From positions 350,796 through 414,795 of the IMG/VR virus record IMGVR_UViG_3300049044_000033: a DNA stretch of 64,000 nucleotides, one strand, 5' to 3'. The notes under the pieces were generated by a model. It was not told where the DNA came from, ran no database searches, and worked only from the letters and a program-made list of their open reading frames with translations. The number at the start of each line of letters is the position of its first letter. The stretch's first letter is position 1. A program made the position numbers and the translations under genes. This DNA comes from a virus (Duplodnaviria; Heunggongvirae; Uroviricota; Caudoviricetes). Below, in pieces: positions 1 through 9,111 of the stretch.

Positions 1-117
1 ACTTACCGCAAAGCTTTTGGGACACCTGAAGCAACTGATTATGTGATTGTCACCCATGAGGAATTCTTCAAACAGAATGTCGAAGCTGTGAGGAAACTAG
101 GTGGCACGGTAAATTGA
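1..117 (+). CDS. 3' end of a gene entering from the left edge (...TYRKAFGTPEATDYVIVTHEEFFKQNVEAVRKLGGTVN*)
   Basis: Frame 1 is open from base 1 to TGA at 115-117. Confidence 0.6.
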   Translation, partial: TYRKAFGTPEATDYVIVTHEEFFKQNVEAVRKLGGTVN

Positions 118-143
118 CATTAGCTGATTGAATTCGCTAAACA
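114..143 (+). promoter_or_regulatory. sigma70-type promoter (TTGACA-N16-GCTAAACA)
   Basis: Perfect -35 hexamer and a GCTANA-type -10 as in alphaproteobacterial housekeeping promoters, upstream of ORF 187. Confidence 0.55.
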
Positions 144-186
144 GAGAGCTACCCAAGTGGTAGCTTTCTTTTTCTTTGGAGTCCCT

Positions 187-510
187 ATGAGCAGACTTAG
201 CATAAAGACCTTAGAGCGTAAGTCTCTGCCTTACGGGAAGTTCAAGTTTATGGTCCTTCTCGAGCGAGACATGGTCCAAACCTTCTACTGCCCGAGCAAT
301 GCCTCACAGGTAGAAGAACTCAGAACTCTACTGAGGACTACCTGTAAGGGTCACTATCGTTTGGACTTTGTGCTTAACAGCAAGAAGAAGCGAGTCTATA
401 CCCACTTATACCTCATGGAGGCTATGGACCTTGCTATGATAAAGCTTGTCCATCTGAACAAGCTTTTTAAGCTCTATCGGATTAAGGTTCAAACACCTGA
501 AGAATCTTAA
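187..510 (+). CDS. hypothetical protein, possible distant member of the small 'AxxFKL' family
   Basis: GGAG RBS before ATG 187; motif YLMEAMDLAMIKL. Confidence 0.7.
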   Translation: MSRLSIKTLERKSLPYGKFKFMVLLERDMVQTFYCPSNASQVEELRTLLRTTCKGHYRLDFVLNSKKKRVYTHLYLMEAMDLAMIKLVHLNKLFKLYRIKVQTPEES

Positions 511-709
511 TATTAGGTTCAAAGAACATCCTCAATTCGAAGATGACTTGAAGGTCATTTGTTGAAACAAACGACCCTCCTACTTTGTAATCGCTAGACA
601 GACGCCCAGAGAGCCATTGACTAGCTTCCTGGGCTTTCTTGTTATCGAAAAACTGAGCTTGGTAAGTCCACTTACCCTGGATTTTGTTCTGGACTTTCTG
701 AAATTTCAT
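482..709 (-). CDS. hypothetical protein (MKFQKVQNKIQGKW..., 75 aa)
   Basis: ATG at 709 inside ORF 482..913; follows ORF 672..1037. Confidence 0.55.
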   Translation of the reverse strand: MKFQKVQNKIQGKWTYQAQFFDNKKAQEASQWLSGRLSSDYKVGGSFVSTNDLQVIFELRMFFEPNIKILQVFEP

Positions 710-1037
710 CGGGTGTATCCGTATGCTGTTCCACCCGGTCAAACAGCTTACTAAATTCTTCGTGATTCTGGAGTTTCCACATGAGAAGGATTCCCGAACT
801 CTTGAGGTAAACTTCGACCTCGTTGGTTCTTGGGTGCGTCTGCACCATCCAATCCACGCCTTCCTCGCCGACTTCTCGCCGCAGCCTCTTGGAAATCCTA
901 GAGCGCTGATCAATTGCCGTGATCACATCTGTTGTGCCTGCGAGAACGGCCCGGTGTGTAAAGCCTGAAAAGATTGTGGATGGATCCCAGTCAGCGTCGT
1001 AACGGTTGACCTTAATAATTTCAAGCCTGCTGCTCAT
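672..1037 (-). CDS. hypothetical protein
   Basis: GGAG RBS, upstream TAAATA box; motif VYLKSSGILLMWKL. Confidence 0.75.
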   Translation of the reverse strand: MSSRLEIIKVNRYDADWDPSTIFSGFTHRAVLAGTTDVITAIDQRSRISKRLRREVGEEGVDWMVQTHPRTNEVEVYLKSSGILLMWKLQNHEEFSKLFDRVEQHTDTPDEISESPEQNPG

Positions 1038-1048
1038 CGCCTACTCCG

Positions 1049-1056
1049 TATTTAAC
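1049..1056 (-). promoter_or_regulatory. putative T4-type late promoter (GTTAAATA)
   Basis: TAAATA core just upstream of the RBS of ORF 672..1037. Confidence 0.45.
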
Positions 1057-1088
1057 CTTTCTAGGATTTAGCATAGGATAGGAATTAG

Positions 1089-1322
1089 TCAAAGGAATTC
1101 TAACGTAAAGCGAATGGCATCTATTCGCTCACATCGAAGGGCATAATCTGGTGGATTTGGATCTCTGCGAATCATTACAATACGCCAATCTCTGCCATAT
1201 TGTCCGATAGATTCCGTACACCAAAGTTCAAACTTCCTACGAAACCTTGGGCCTTTCTTTTTCTTCGTGGCCCAGGTTAGGAATTTCTTATGATGAGATG
1301 TAGGAATGATTACGTCAAGCAT
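1089..1322 (-). CDS. small hypothetical protein, 'AxxFKL' family
   Basis: WC..W pattern and C-terminal DAIRFTLEF. Confidence 0.65.
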   Translation of the reverse strand: MLDVIIPTSHHKKFLTWATKKKKGPRFRRKFELWCTESIGQYGRDWRIVMIRRDPNPPDYALRCERIDAIRFTLEFL

Positions 1323-1341
1323 GAAGCCATGCTAACAGGAA

Positions 1342-1578
1342 TTATAGCCAAGTCAACTTGAATAGAGTCGCATGTCTGGGATCAACAAAGTATATAGCGA
1401 CTTCGCGATCTTCTCTAAAGTGGTCCCACCACCAAAGATTTCTACCAAATCTCTCACCGAGATTGACTTCCATCCAATCACGAAAATCTGGGGTGAATAT
1501 CATATCACCCCAAATTATGTCACCTATACCTTGTTTCTCCCAATGAGAAACAGTGTTATGGAAGGAGATTGGGAGCAT
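1342..1578 (-). CDS. small hypothetical protein, 'AxxFKL' family
   Basis: C-terminal [17 protein letters not shown]; ATG 1578 overlaps the end of the upstream gene. Confidence 0.7.
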   Translation of the reverse strand: MLPISFHNTVSHWEKQGIGDIIWGDMIFTPDFRDWMEVNLGERFGRNLWWWDHFREDREVAIYFVDPRHATLFKLTWL

Positions 1579-2437
1579 CGACAAACATTCCACATGACGC
1601 CTTAACATCAAATCCAACTCTAGGCACAATACGTGATTTCTCATTGCCAAAAGCTTCGGCCAAGTAATCAAAGTTGCGTTGGATGATCTCTTCGCTGGGT
1701 TCTTTACCCTGAGCCGGGCTATAGGGATTATAGCGAACGAGATTGAACTTTACATCAATGCTTCGAACCAAGATAGCGCGAATGATCTCTTCCAAGACCT
1801 CCAAACTATCGTTCTCACCTTCGATAAAAGCCCAATGGAGGGAAACTAACTCACCTGTCTTTTGCTGCCAATCAACAAGCTTCCAAAGAGCTTCGTGTGG
1901 GTTTATGGCTTTAGGTAGCCAACGTTTGCGAAATTCCTCCCTCATACTGTAGAGGGAGTAATAGATCTGAGCACCAGAATCACCAAACACCTCATAGAGG
2001 GAACGGTCGCTCATCTCCTCAGGCATAATGGTGCTGATGTTATATTTGGCAACGAGCGCATGTTGCTCTGCCAAGCTCTGTAAGGGCCTACGAACGTCAT
2101 TCCACGAGGTGAGCACACTAGGGTTAGCTAGCGGCTCTCCGCGCGACATGAAGTTAAAATTCACCCTGTGGGCATCATCAAATTGCCGATAGTGACGAAA
2201 CACCTGCAAAGCCTGGAGTTCATACTCACTAGGGCTTGCCGGTGTCATCATAGTTTGACGAGTTTGGGTGAGATGGCAGAAACGACAAGCCTTGTTACAG
2301 CCAGAATGACTAGACAGGTAGGCAATGAAGTAATCTTCTTCACGCCTCACGTAACGAGCTTCGAGTGCCCCACCATCTTGGTGGGGCACTACAAAGTTCA
2401 CACTAGCATCTTCTGAACTGTAGAGGACCTTAGTCAT
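1556..2437 (-). CDS. RlmN/Cfr-like radical SAM enzyme (divergent, N-terminally short)
   Basis: [13 protein letters not shown] (CX3CX2C), [10 protein letters not shown] (MGMGEP-like), NLVRYNP, C-terminal DVKASCG (DIxAACG-like). Confidence 0.85.
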   Translation of the reverse strand: MTKVLYSSEDASVNFVVPHQDGGALEARYVRREEDYFIAYLSSHSGCNKACRFCHLTQTRQTMMTPASPSEYELQALQVFRHYRQFDDAHRVNFNFMSRGEPLANPSVLTSWNDVRRPLQSLAEQHALVAKYNISTIMPEEMSDRSLYEVFGDSGAQIYYSLYSMREEFRKRWLPKAINPHEALWKLVDWQQKTGELVSLHWAFIEGENDSLEVLEEIIRAILVRSIDVKFNLVRYNPYSPAQGKEPSEEIIQRNFDYLAEAFGNEKSRIVPRVGFDVKASCGMFVDAPNLLP

Positions 2438-4214
2438 TCTGCTCCGTATCCGTCACAAAGGATGTGAAATTGTTTTCGTATTGAACCAATAGCACCCTTG
2501 GTACCCTAGATGTCAATTCATCTTTGTGGCTGATAAGGAAGATGTTCTTTGAACGTTCCCTAGCGTTCTTCTTGAGAATCTCAAGAGCAAGGTCCATGCC
2601 CTTACTATCCATACCAGAGTCCACTAGTTCGTCAATCATGACCAAGTTGAGAGGCTTGTTCATAGTTTCCCAAACATCTCGGAATGCCCAAGCAAGTGCT
2701 AGAACGACTCGGTTCTGTTCGCCGTTACTCATCTGCGCAAAGTCATATTCCTTACCCAAACGTGTAATCTCAACACTCAAGTCGCTCTTAAAGGCAACCT
2801 CATGAGGAAGCTGAAGCTTATCCAAGTAAGAGTTCAGACGAAGGTTCAAGTAGCCGAGATTCTGATCAATGATCTTCTTACGGATAAATGAGTTCTTATC
2901 AGTCAGCAACTTCTGCAAGAATTCCTGATGTTGCTGGAGAACAATTAGTTCGTTCTTGTAATCCTCAGTAATCTCTTGGATACCGGAGGTTGACAAGTTG
3001 GCAATCTGATCAATGAACGGGCTATCGAGCATAGCTTCGCGCTGGAAATCACTTTCCAGCTTATCTAAGGTGTGACGATGATTGATCGCTTGCTCCATCG
3101 TATCATACGATGTAACGGGCATATCACCTAAAGCTGTTAGTTCATTGATAGCTTTCTCAAGGTCACTACCTACTGCGAATAGTTCTTCCTCAGCAGTTTT
3201 ACGGTCAGCTTCATACTGCTCTTTCCTTGCCAACAAATCAGCAAGGATTTCAGAGTGCTTGTCATCGTGAACGTCTTGACCACAAGTATGGCACTTCTTT
3301 TGCTCAGCTGTTTCCAACTGAGCTTCGACACGCTGGAAACTCGAGACTGCCCCGTTGTAGGATTTCTCAACCCTAGCAGCATCACGTTCAAACCGCATAA
3401 CTTCTTGAGACAAGCGAGTGAACTCGACCAAAATCCTCTGGTTATTGATCTCTGTCTCGATATCAATTTCCTTGAGCTGATCAATTGCCTTCTGAAGCTT
3501 TTCCAGCTTCTTTAAGTGCTCTTGATCCCAAAGCTTACCCTTGAATTTGAGTTCGTTGATCGTCTTCTGAATCTTCTCATTCGAGTCCTTAACGGTCTTG
3601 ATGCGAATCTCTTCGCCCTTGATCTCGTCCTTGACTTGCTTCACGAGAGTCCTAAGAACTTCGGCCTTGGCTGACAACTGAGTAATACCCAGTAGTTCTT
3701 CAATGACCTCACGCTGATCCTTAGCACTCATGTCCAAGAATGGAACAGTCTTCGAGTGAAGAGCTACAATGTGCTTAAAGAGCAAGTGGGAGCAACCTAA
3801 GACCTTTTCGATTTCTTCTTGAGTATGCTTGTTCTCACCATGTGCTTCATCAGTGCCATCAGCATTAACTAGGCCATCGTTGACATAGAAGCGCAGGAAG
3901 TTTGGTTTGCGACCACGTTCGATGCGATATGTCTTGCTACCAATTTCGAAGTCAAGGCTAACAACCATGCCCTTCTGATTGATCTTATTCACAAGGTTAT
4001 CACGCTTGATGTTTGTGAGAGGAAGACCATAGAGTGCGTAACAGATAGCCTGAATCAATGTAGTCTTACCTACGCCGTTACGGCTACCTTCACTACCCTG
4101 GTCAACGTTCTCACCCAAGATGAGAGTCAAACCATGTTCATCTAACGTAACAGCCTGAGTCGTATTGCCTACGCTCAGGAAATTCTTCATCGTTACGGTG
4201 CGAATTCTTATCAT
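2430..4214 (-). CDS. gp46: recombination endonuclease ATPase subunit, T4 gp46 / SbcC / Rad50-like
   Basis: MKNFLSVGN, Walker A NGVGKTT, CHTC zinc hook in coiled coil, MSNGEQNR signature, IDE Walker B, ISHK. Confidence 0.95.
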   Translation of the reverse strand: MIRIRTVTMKNFLSVGNTTQAVTLDEHGLTLILGENVDQGSEGSRNGVGKTTLIQAICYALYGLPLTNIKRDNLVNKINQKGMVVSLDFEIGSKTYRIERGRKPNFLRFYVNDGLVNADGTDEAHGENKHTQEEIEKVLGCSHLLFKHIVALHSKTVPFLDMSAKDQREVIEELLGITQLSAKAEVLRTLVKQVKDEIKGEEIRIKTVKDSNEKIQKTINELKFKGKLWDQEHLKKLEKLQKAIDQLKEIDIETEINNQRILVEFTRLSQEVMRFERDAARVEKSYNGAVSSFQRVEAQLETAEQKKCHTCGQDVHDDKHSEILADLLARKEQYEADRKTAEEELFAVGSDLEKAINELTALGDMPVTSYDTMEQAINHRHTLDKLESDFQREAMLDSPFIDQIANLSTSGIQEITEDYKNELIVLQQHQEFLQKLLTDKNSFIRKKIIDQNLGYLNLRLNSYLDKLQLPHEVAFKSDLSVEITRLGKEYDFAQMSNGEQNRVVLALAWAFRDVWETMNKPLNLVMIDELVDSGMDSKGMDLALEILKKNARERSKNIFLISHKDELTSRVPRVLLVQYENNFTSFVTDTEQND

Positions 4215-4221
4215 TATCTTT

Positions 4222-4575
4222 TTATCGCCCCAATTTTGAGTTTACCAATCCAAGACCTGTAATATACTGGGTGATTTCACCTTGGAAATTGATCCCTGTT
4301 GTGAGCTTCACAATAACAGGGTTAAAATCAATCGTTTCTTCAGTGAACACATAGGTTCCAGCGGCATACATTAGGATAGCGTAGTTTACACTCTTTTGAT
4401 CCAACATGTCACATATTGACATATAGGAAGCCTTGAAATCATACCTCGTCATCGACTGATTGTTTTTCACAAAGGAGTAAACATGCTTGAAAGGCTTAGG
4501 AGACTCGTTGTTCTCCTGAACCTTTGCTAAATCTAGAGCCCAACCATCGAATGAAAACTTCTCAACCTCACTCAC
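4222..4575 (-). CDS. hypothetical protein between gp47 and gp46
   Basis: 117-aa ORF overlapping the gp47 stop (GTGA coupling). Confidence 0.7.
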   Translation of the reverse strand: MSEVEKFSFDGWALDLAKVQENNESPKPFKHVYSFVKNNQSMTRYDFKASYMSICDMLDQKSVNYAILMYAAGTYVFTEETIDFNPVIVKLTTGINFQGEITQYITGLGLVNSKLGR

Positions 4576-5600
4576 GAAAGACCTCGGTAAATTTCGATGA
4601 GCAAGTTCTTATCAACGGTCAAGGAATCAATACCCTTGAGACCTTCGATGACAATCTGATCAACTGACTGGAAGATCACATCGTCGCCGAAACCTTGTTC
4701 CTCAGTTTCCTTAGCACCTGGCATGATATCAATCTTGCGAGGACCATAATGGGCTTGGAAAGTTTCCTTGATAAACTGAGCTTCATCATGGTTGATATTG
4801 ATATCAGCTGTGATGCGAGCATAAGTGCGTTCATCGAGAAACTCATTAGGGTTCTCTAGAATCTCACTGATCTTGAGAGTGCGATACTTAGGAGCACCTG
4901 GCCAATTAATGAACTCAGGTTCTTTACCCCATTCCAAAAACATCATCCCGCGTTCATCATCCCACGCATCAGCGAAGTTGTGTGGGAATGGATTACCAGG
5001 ATAGCAGATTTTGTTCTTAGCCTGACGCTTGTGGAAGTGACCCGAGAACGCCCAGTAGGTTACATCATCAAAATGTGTTGCGTTTAAGCCACCATGGTCA
5101 GGCATCTCGACCATCGCATTCATCATGAAGTGCGGCAGTTCGAAGTGACCAAACATATAGTCAGACTTCTTCGCCAGCTTGTTGACTTTCTTCCAATCGT
5201 CACCGACTAACCAAGGACAGAAAGTTACGCCACCTTCAGTCAAAAAGTCGTTGATGATAATCAAGTTGTCAAGGTTGCGACCAATGGCAACGCTGGAAAT
5301 CTCACGCTTCTCCTTGTAGTAGAGATCGTGATTACCAGGAATGAAGTAGAACTTTGGAAACGCATTAGCGAGGCGCTCCATATTGCTCAAACTGTAGTTG
5401 AGCGTAGACACATGAATGGCGTGACGGTTATCATGCCAGTCACCGGTGAAGATGATCGTGTCAACATCACGAGCTTGTGATTGCTCGATAAACCATTTTA
5501 CGAACTCTTCACAATCCTGATTGTGCTGACGGTCATTGTTTTTCTTACCGAAATGGATATCGGTGAAAAGTGCCGCCCGCTTAAAGAGCTGATTGCTCAT
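4572..5600 (-). CDS. gp47: recombination endonuclease nuclease subunit, T4 gp47 / SbcD / Mre11-like
   Basis: DIHFG, GDWHD, GNHD, GHFE, SGHFH metallophosphoesterase motifs; next to gp46. Confidence 0.95.
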   Translation of the reverse strand: MSNQLFKRAALFTDIHFGKKNNDRQHNQDCEEFVKWFIEQSQARDVDTIIFTGDWHDNRHAIHVSTLNYSLSNMERLANAFPKFYFIPGNHDLYYKEKREISSVAIGRNLDNLIIINDFLTEGGVTFCPWLVGDDWKKVNKLAKKSDYMFGHFELPHFMMNAMVEMPDHGGLNATHFDDVTYWAFSGHFHKRQAKNKICYPGNPFPHNFADAWDDERGMMFLEWGKEPEFINWPGAPKYRTLKISEILENPNEFLDERTYARITADININHDEAQFIKETFQAHYGPRKIDIMPGAKETEEQGFGDDVIFQSVDQIVIEGLKGIDSLTVDKNLLIEIYRGLS

Positions 5601-5671
5601 AGCTTGCCTCCTAATTTGTGCTGGCTTAGCACCCTAAACGATGAAAAGTCATTATTCAGGGTGCCTAGACG

Positions 5672-6547
5672 TTAAGCAGACTTCTTAGGAGAACCCTTAC
5701 GAACCAGCTTCTTCTGCTCAGGAACTTCTCCGTTTGCGAGAGCCTTCTGAGCCAAGCTATTGTCAATCTGACGAGTAATCGATGGGGTAACACCGTGCAT
5801 CACAAGTAGGTCATCTCGAATGTTTTGGTTACGCTTTTCCAAGTTAAGCACTCGGGTAAATGCGTTCGAGACCGTGACAGTGTAATAGGCAAATGGGTTG
5901 TCGGAACGTGCTTCATTGAACTGAAGTCCGACGCTCGAGAGCTGAAGCAAAGCCTGGCTACGCATTTCGTCAACGTAGGTGTAACCACGCCAGTTGCCAC
6001 GTTGGCTATAACGCTCGACCAGCTTCATGAACATAAGAGCAAGGCGGTTTGTTGTCTTACCATGATCCTGACAAAACTCACCATTCTCTAGAGCATAACG
6101 CCAGTGACTACGACCTACTTCCTTAGCACCTTCTTCTTCAGTAACAATATAATGCTTAAAAGGAGGGAAGATTAGGCGAACGTGATTATCAGCAGTGCGC
6201 TTTGGGTTCTTTACGCGACCATCTTCAAGTGGAATATGATCGTAGGTCATGACACGCCACACAATATCTTCGACTGCGATACTCTGTGGATCTACATCCT
6301 CTACCTTAATCTGGTGGTTCTTAAACCCTTGGTCCTTTAGGGCCTGCTTTTCGGCACGGGTCATCTTCTTTGCTTTGGTTTCACGGACTGTTTGGATCAA
6401 CTCTACAGTGATTTCATCCAAGCTATCAACGATATGGTCATAAGCAGAATATTTTGGGTCGACGTAGTAGGAATAGGTGTTCTTTGACTTGTGGATCTCG
6501 CTTAGGAGTTCCTTGTTGGTCAGATAATTTACTTTTTGAGTTGCCAT
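5672..6547 (-). CDS. gp55: late-transcription sigma factor, T4 gp55-like
   Basis: NYLTNKELL N-terminus, NWRGYTYVDEM, FNEARSDNPFAYYT; syntenic with gp47/gp46 as in T4-like phages. Confidence 0.85.
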   Translation of the reverse strand: MATQKVNYLTNKELLSEIHKSKNTYSYYVDPKYSAYDHIVDSLDEITVELIQTVRETKAKKMTRAEKQALKDQGFKNHQIKVEDVDPQSIAVEDIVWRVMTYDHIPLEDGRVKNPKRTADNHVRLIFPPFKHYIVTEEEGAKEVGRSHWRYALENGEFCQDHGKTTNRLALMFMKLVERYSQRGNWRGYTYVDEMRSQALLQLSSVGLQFNEARSDNPFAYYTVTVSNAFTRVLNLEKRNQNIRDDLLVMHGVTPSITRQIDNSLAQKALANGEVPEQKKLVRKGSPKKSA

Positions 6548-6770
6548 TTGGTCTTGCTCCCTTTTTCTTTTCTTATTGAGCAGGAAAAATATTGTGCCCC
6601 GTATAGGTTACTGCTATCAGTTAGCACTCTTTCTTTCTAACAGATCGGATACCCTAAATCACTATTCGTGTGACTTTTAGGGCACAATCTATCGCTTTCT
6701 TGACTTTCTTCTGCCCACTATATAGAGCAGGAATAGGTTAGTTAAAACAGCATTTAAACGGATGGTAAAT

Positions 6771-7346
6771 ATGAGTGGAGGACTAAACGACGGAGTAGCC
6801 ATTGCGGCAGGTAGATTAAACCCTCCTACCCGTGGTCATACCGTTATGGTCCGAGAGCTCAAGAGAACTGCTGCTAAACTTGGTCTTCGACCCATTCTCT
6901 ATATTGTGGATGGTGAGAAATCAGGAAAGGACAAGAGCAAAAACCCTCTAACTGCTAATCAGCGTTTAGAGATTGCTCGAAAGCTCTTCCCAGGTGTTAC
7001 GATTGATATCGTGTCATCGGCTTATCAGGTCTTGGATGTCTTATACGTTCAAGGTTACAAGGCCAAAGCCTGGGTTGCTGGATCAGACCGTGCCTCCAAC
7101 TACCGCAAGCTCGTAGCTAGTGAGAAGCTAGACTGTGAGATTGTTGAGGTGGATCGTGAGGCAGGTGATGCTGATGGCGTGAGCGCTACAGCGGCCCGAC
7201 AAGCGGCCCTAGAAGACAATATGGAAGAGTTCTCTCACCATATGCCAGATACCCTCAACGATACTGATCTTGCGGACATAGCAGATATGATTCGTGAGGC
7301 AGTAAATGGCACTGAATGTAAAAAGCTTAAACGATCAACAACTTGA
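6771..7346 (+). CDS. cytidyltransferase-like (HxGH superfamily) protein
   Basis: GRLNPPTRGH, KNPL, VAGSDR, VSATAAR motifs typical of the T4-like phage cytidyltransferase family. Confidence 0.8.
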   Translation: MSGGLNDGVAIAAGRLNPPTRGHTVMVRELKRTAAKLGLRPILYIVDGEKSGKDKSKNPLTANQRLEIARKLFPGVTIDIVSSAYQVLDVLYVQGYKAKAWVAGSDRASNYRKLVASEKLDCEIVEVDREAGDADGVSATAARQAALEDNMEEFSHHMPDTLNDTDLADIADMIREAVNGTECKKLKRSTT

Positions 7347-8805
7347 ATTTTGGATAGCTGAATACACTAGCAGAATCCCAGGGGACAGAGCTGATGTAGA
7401 CAATGCTAAGAGGCAGGTTAGAGAGCAGCAAGAAGTCATTAGCCAGATGGTTTTCAACCATGCGGTTGCAACCAATCTTACGCCTGCCCAAGAACAAGAA
7501 TATCAAGATGATTTAGCACAAGCAAAAGCACTACTGGGGTTGCTTCAGGATCATCTTAAAGACCAACAGAAACTATTAGATTCTGCTACAAATGGCCTGG
7601 CTGAAGTCAGAGCTGAAATAGCCTACAGGGCTAATCCAGTAAAAGAGACTCAACGGGTTCAAACTGAAGCCCTTGACTCTACGCCTAAGCCTGTTTCTAC
7701 ACCTGTAAAGAGTGGTAGTGGTCAGCCCTCCACCTCCTCAAGTGTGAATGGCGAAGCAGTTGCTGCGGGTGATTTTGCGTATGGTGATCTCGGTAGCGGA
7801 ACTGCAGGTGGTATGGGAAATGCTGCTCTTCTGAGCACTACCACAATCCTACCTAATACCAAGCGAACTAATGTCAGCAAAGCTGAGATGGAAGCAGCTG
7901 ATAAGAACTACACGACTGAGATGAATAAGCTCAGTCAGCATTGGTCTGTAGGTGATACTTCTAGTCCCGAATATGAGGAACAGAAGCAAGCAGCTATGAA
8001 GAGCCAGTATGAATGGGAACTGGCTAGAAACAACTTGGAAGAAGTAGCAGGTGAAGAACGTGCTGCCCTATCTGAAGCGCCTATTTCAACTACTGGCTTG
8101 GATGAAGAACTACAGAGACCTGAACTTCCTTCTTTGGAACCCCTGCCTGGTGTTGAACCTGCTACAGAGAGTCCACCGCAGGATGAGATCATTGTCACCG
8201 CTGGCAAGAACGACGATCGCCTTCGCATTTATGCGAAGAGTGCTGATTATCCTCTGCTCTACACTGGTGTTATGGCAAAGCTACAAGAAACTAATGGCGT
8301 AGTCTTCCCCTATACCCCAACGATCACACACCAGCACAGAGCTGAATATAACAAAATCTCTCCAACACATTCCAATACTGACTACTACACCTATGTGAAT
8401 AGTCCAGCAGTATCGATCCAAATTCAAGGTCAGTTTACAGCTCAGAATTTAGCCGAAGCACAATATATGCTGGCTTGTATCCACTTCTTCAGAACTGTGA
8501 CTAAGATGCATTTTGGTAACAGAGACCCTAGCCCTGGTTTGCCACCTCCGGTTTTGAATCTCAAAGGATACGGCGAGTTTATGTTCAATAAGCTCAATGT
8601 TATCGTTACCGATTTCTCTATGGACCTACCTGGTGATGTAGATTATGTTAAAGTTGACATTGATGGCTATGTTGGTTGGGTTCCTGCACTAACTACCTTT
8701 AACGTAACTTGTGTGGTTCAGAATACACCTGCTCAACAGCGTGACGATTTCAGTCTCACTGACTTTGCTAATGGTACACTTCTGGATCAAGGAGGATTTA
8801 TCTAA
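7306..8805 (+). CDS. baseplate/tail-tube-initiator-like structural protein with long coiled-coil/low-complexity N-terminal extension
   Basis: C-terminal FPYTPTI...HSN...FFRTVTKMHFG...PPP...GYG domain; first gene of the baseplate cluster. Confidence 0.7.
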   Translation: MALNVKSLNDQQLEFWIAEYTSRIPGDRADVDNAKRQVREQQEVISQMVFNHAVATNLTPAQEQEYQDDLAQAKALLGLLQDHLKDQQKLLDSATNGLAEVRAEIAYRANPVKETQRVQTEALDSTPKPVSTPVKSGSGQPSTSSSVNGEAVAAGDFAYGDLGSGTAGGMGNAALLSTTTILPNTKRTNVSKAEMEAADKNYTTEMNKLSQHWSVGDTSSPEYEEQKQAAMKSQYEWELARNNLEEVAGEERAALSEAPISTTGLDEELQRPELPSLEPLPGVEPATESPPQDEIIVTAGKNDDRLRIYAKSADYPLLYTGVMAKLQETNGVVFPYTPTITHQHRAEYNKISPTHSNTDYYTYVNSPAVSIQIQGQFTAQNLAEAQYMLACIHFFRTVTKMHFGNRDPSPGLPPPVLNLKGYGEFMFNKLNVIVTDFSMDLPGDVDYVKVDIDGYVGWVPALTTFNVTCVVQNTPAQQRDDFSLTDFANGTLLDQGGFI

Positions 8806-9110
8806 TGTCTACTGTCCAGTATAAACCGTCCAGTCCATATTATGATACTCCTCAGACCTCTTGGTATCTCAGCAATTATGAACCTCGTGAGATCTTTAGA
8901 GATGGAACTGACAAGTTGAAGATTCTCGAACCAAAATATGAGAACCGACCAGATCTACTCTCTTATGACCTTTATGGCACGCCAAACTTTTGGTGGGTAT
9001 TTATGGTATTAAATCCAAACCAGATCAAAGATCCCATCTATGATTTCAAACCGGGGCTAGCATTCTACACGCCTACTATGGCAAGGCTTACTAGCACCTT
9101 GGGAGTATAA
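8805..9110 (+). CDS. baseplate wedge subunit, gp53/LysM-like
   Basis: RPDLLSYDLYGTPNFWWVFMVLNP motif. Confidence 0.8.
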   Translation: MSTVQYKPSSPYYDTPQTSWYLSNYEPREIFRDGTDKLKILEPKYENRPDLLSYDLYGTPNFWWVFMVLNPNQIKDPIYDFKPGLAFYTPTMARLTSTLGV

Positions 9111-9111
9111 G

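Noticed and set aside
6764-6771. Late promoter GGTAAATA before the cytidyltransferase gene
   Set aside because: It overlaps the probable start codon, so it could not produce that mRNA; its role is unclear.
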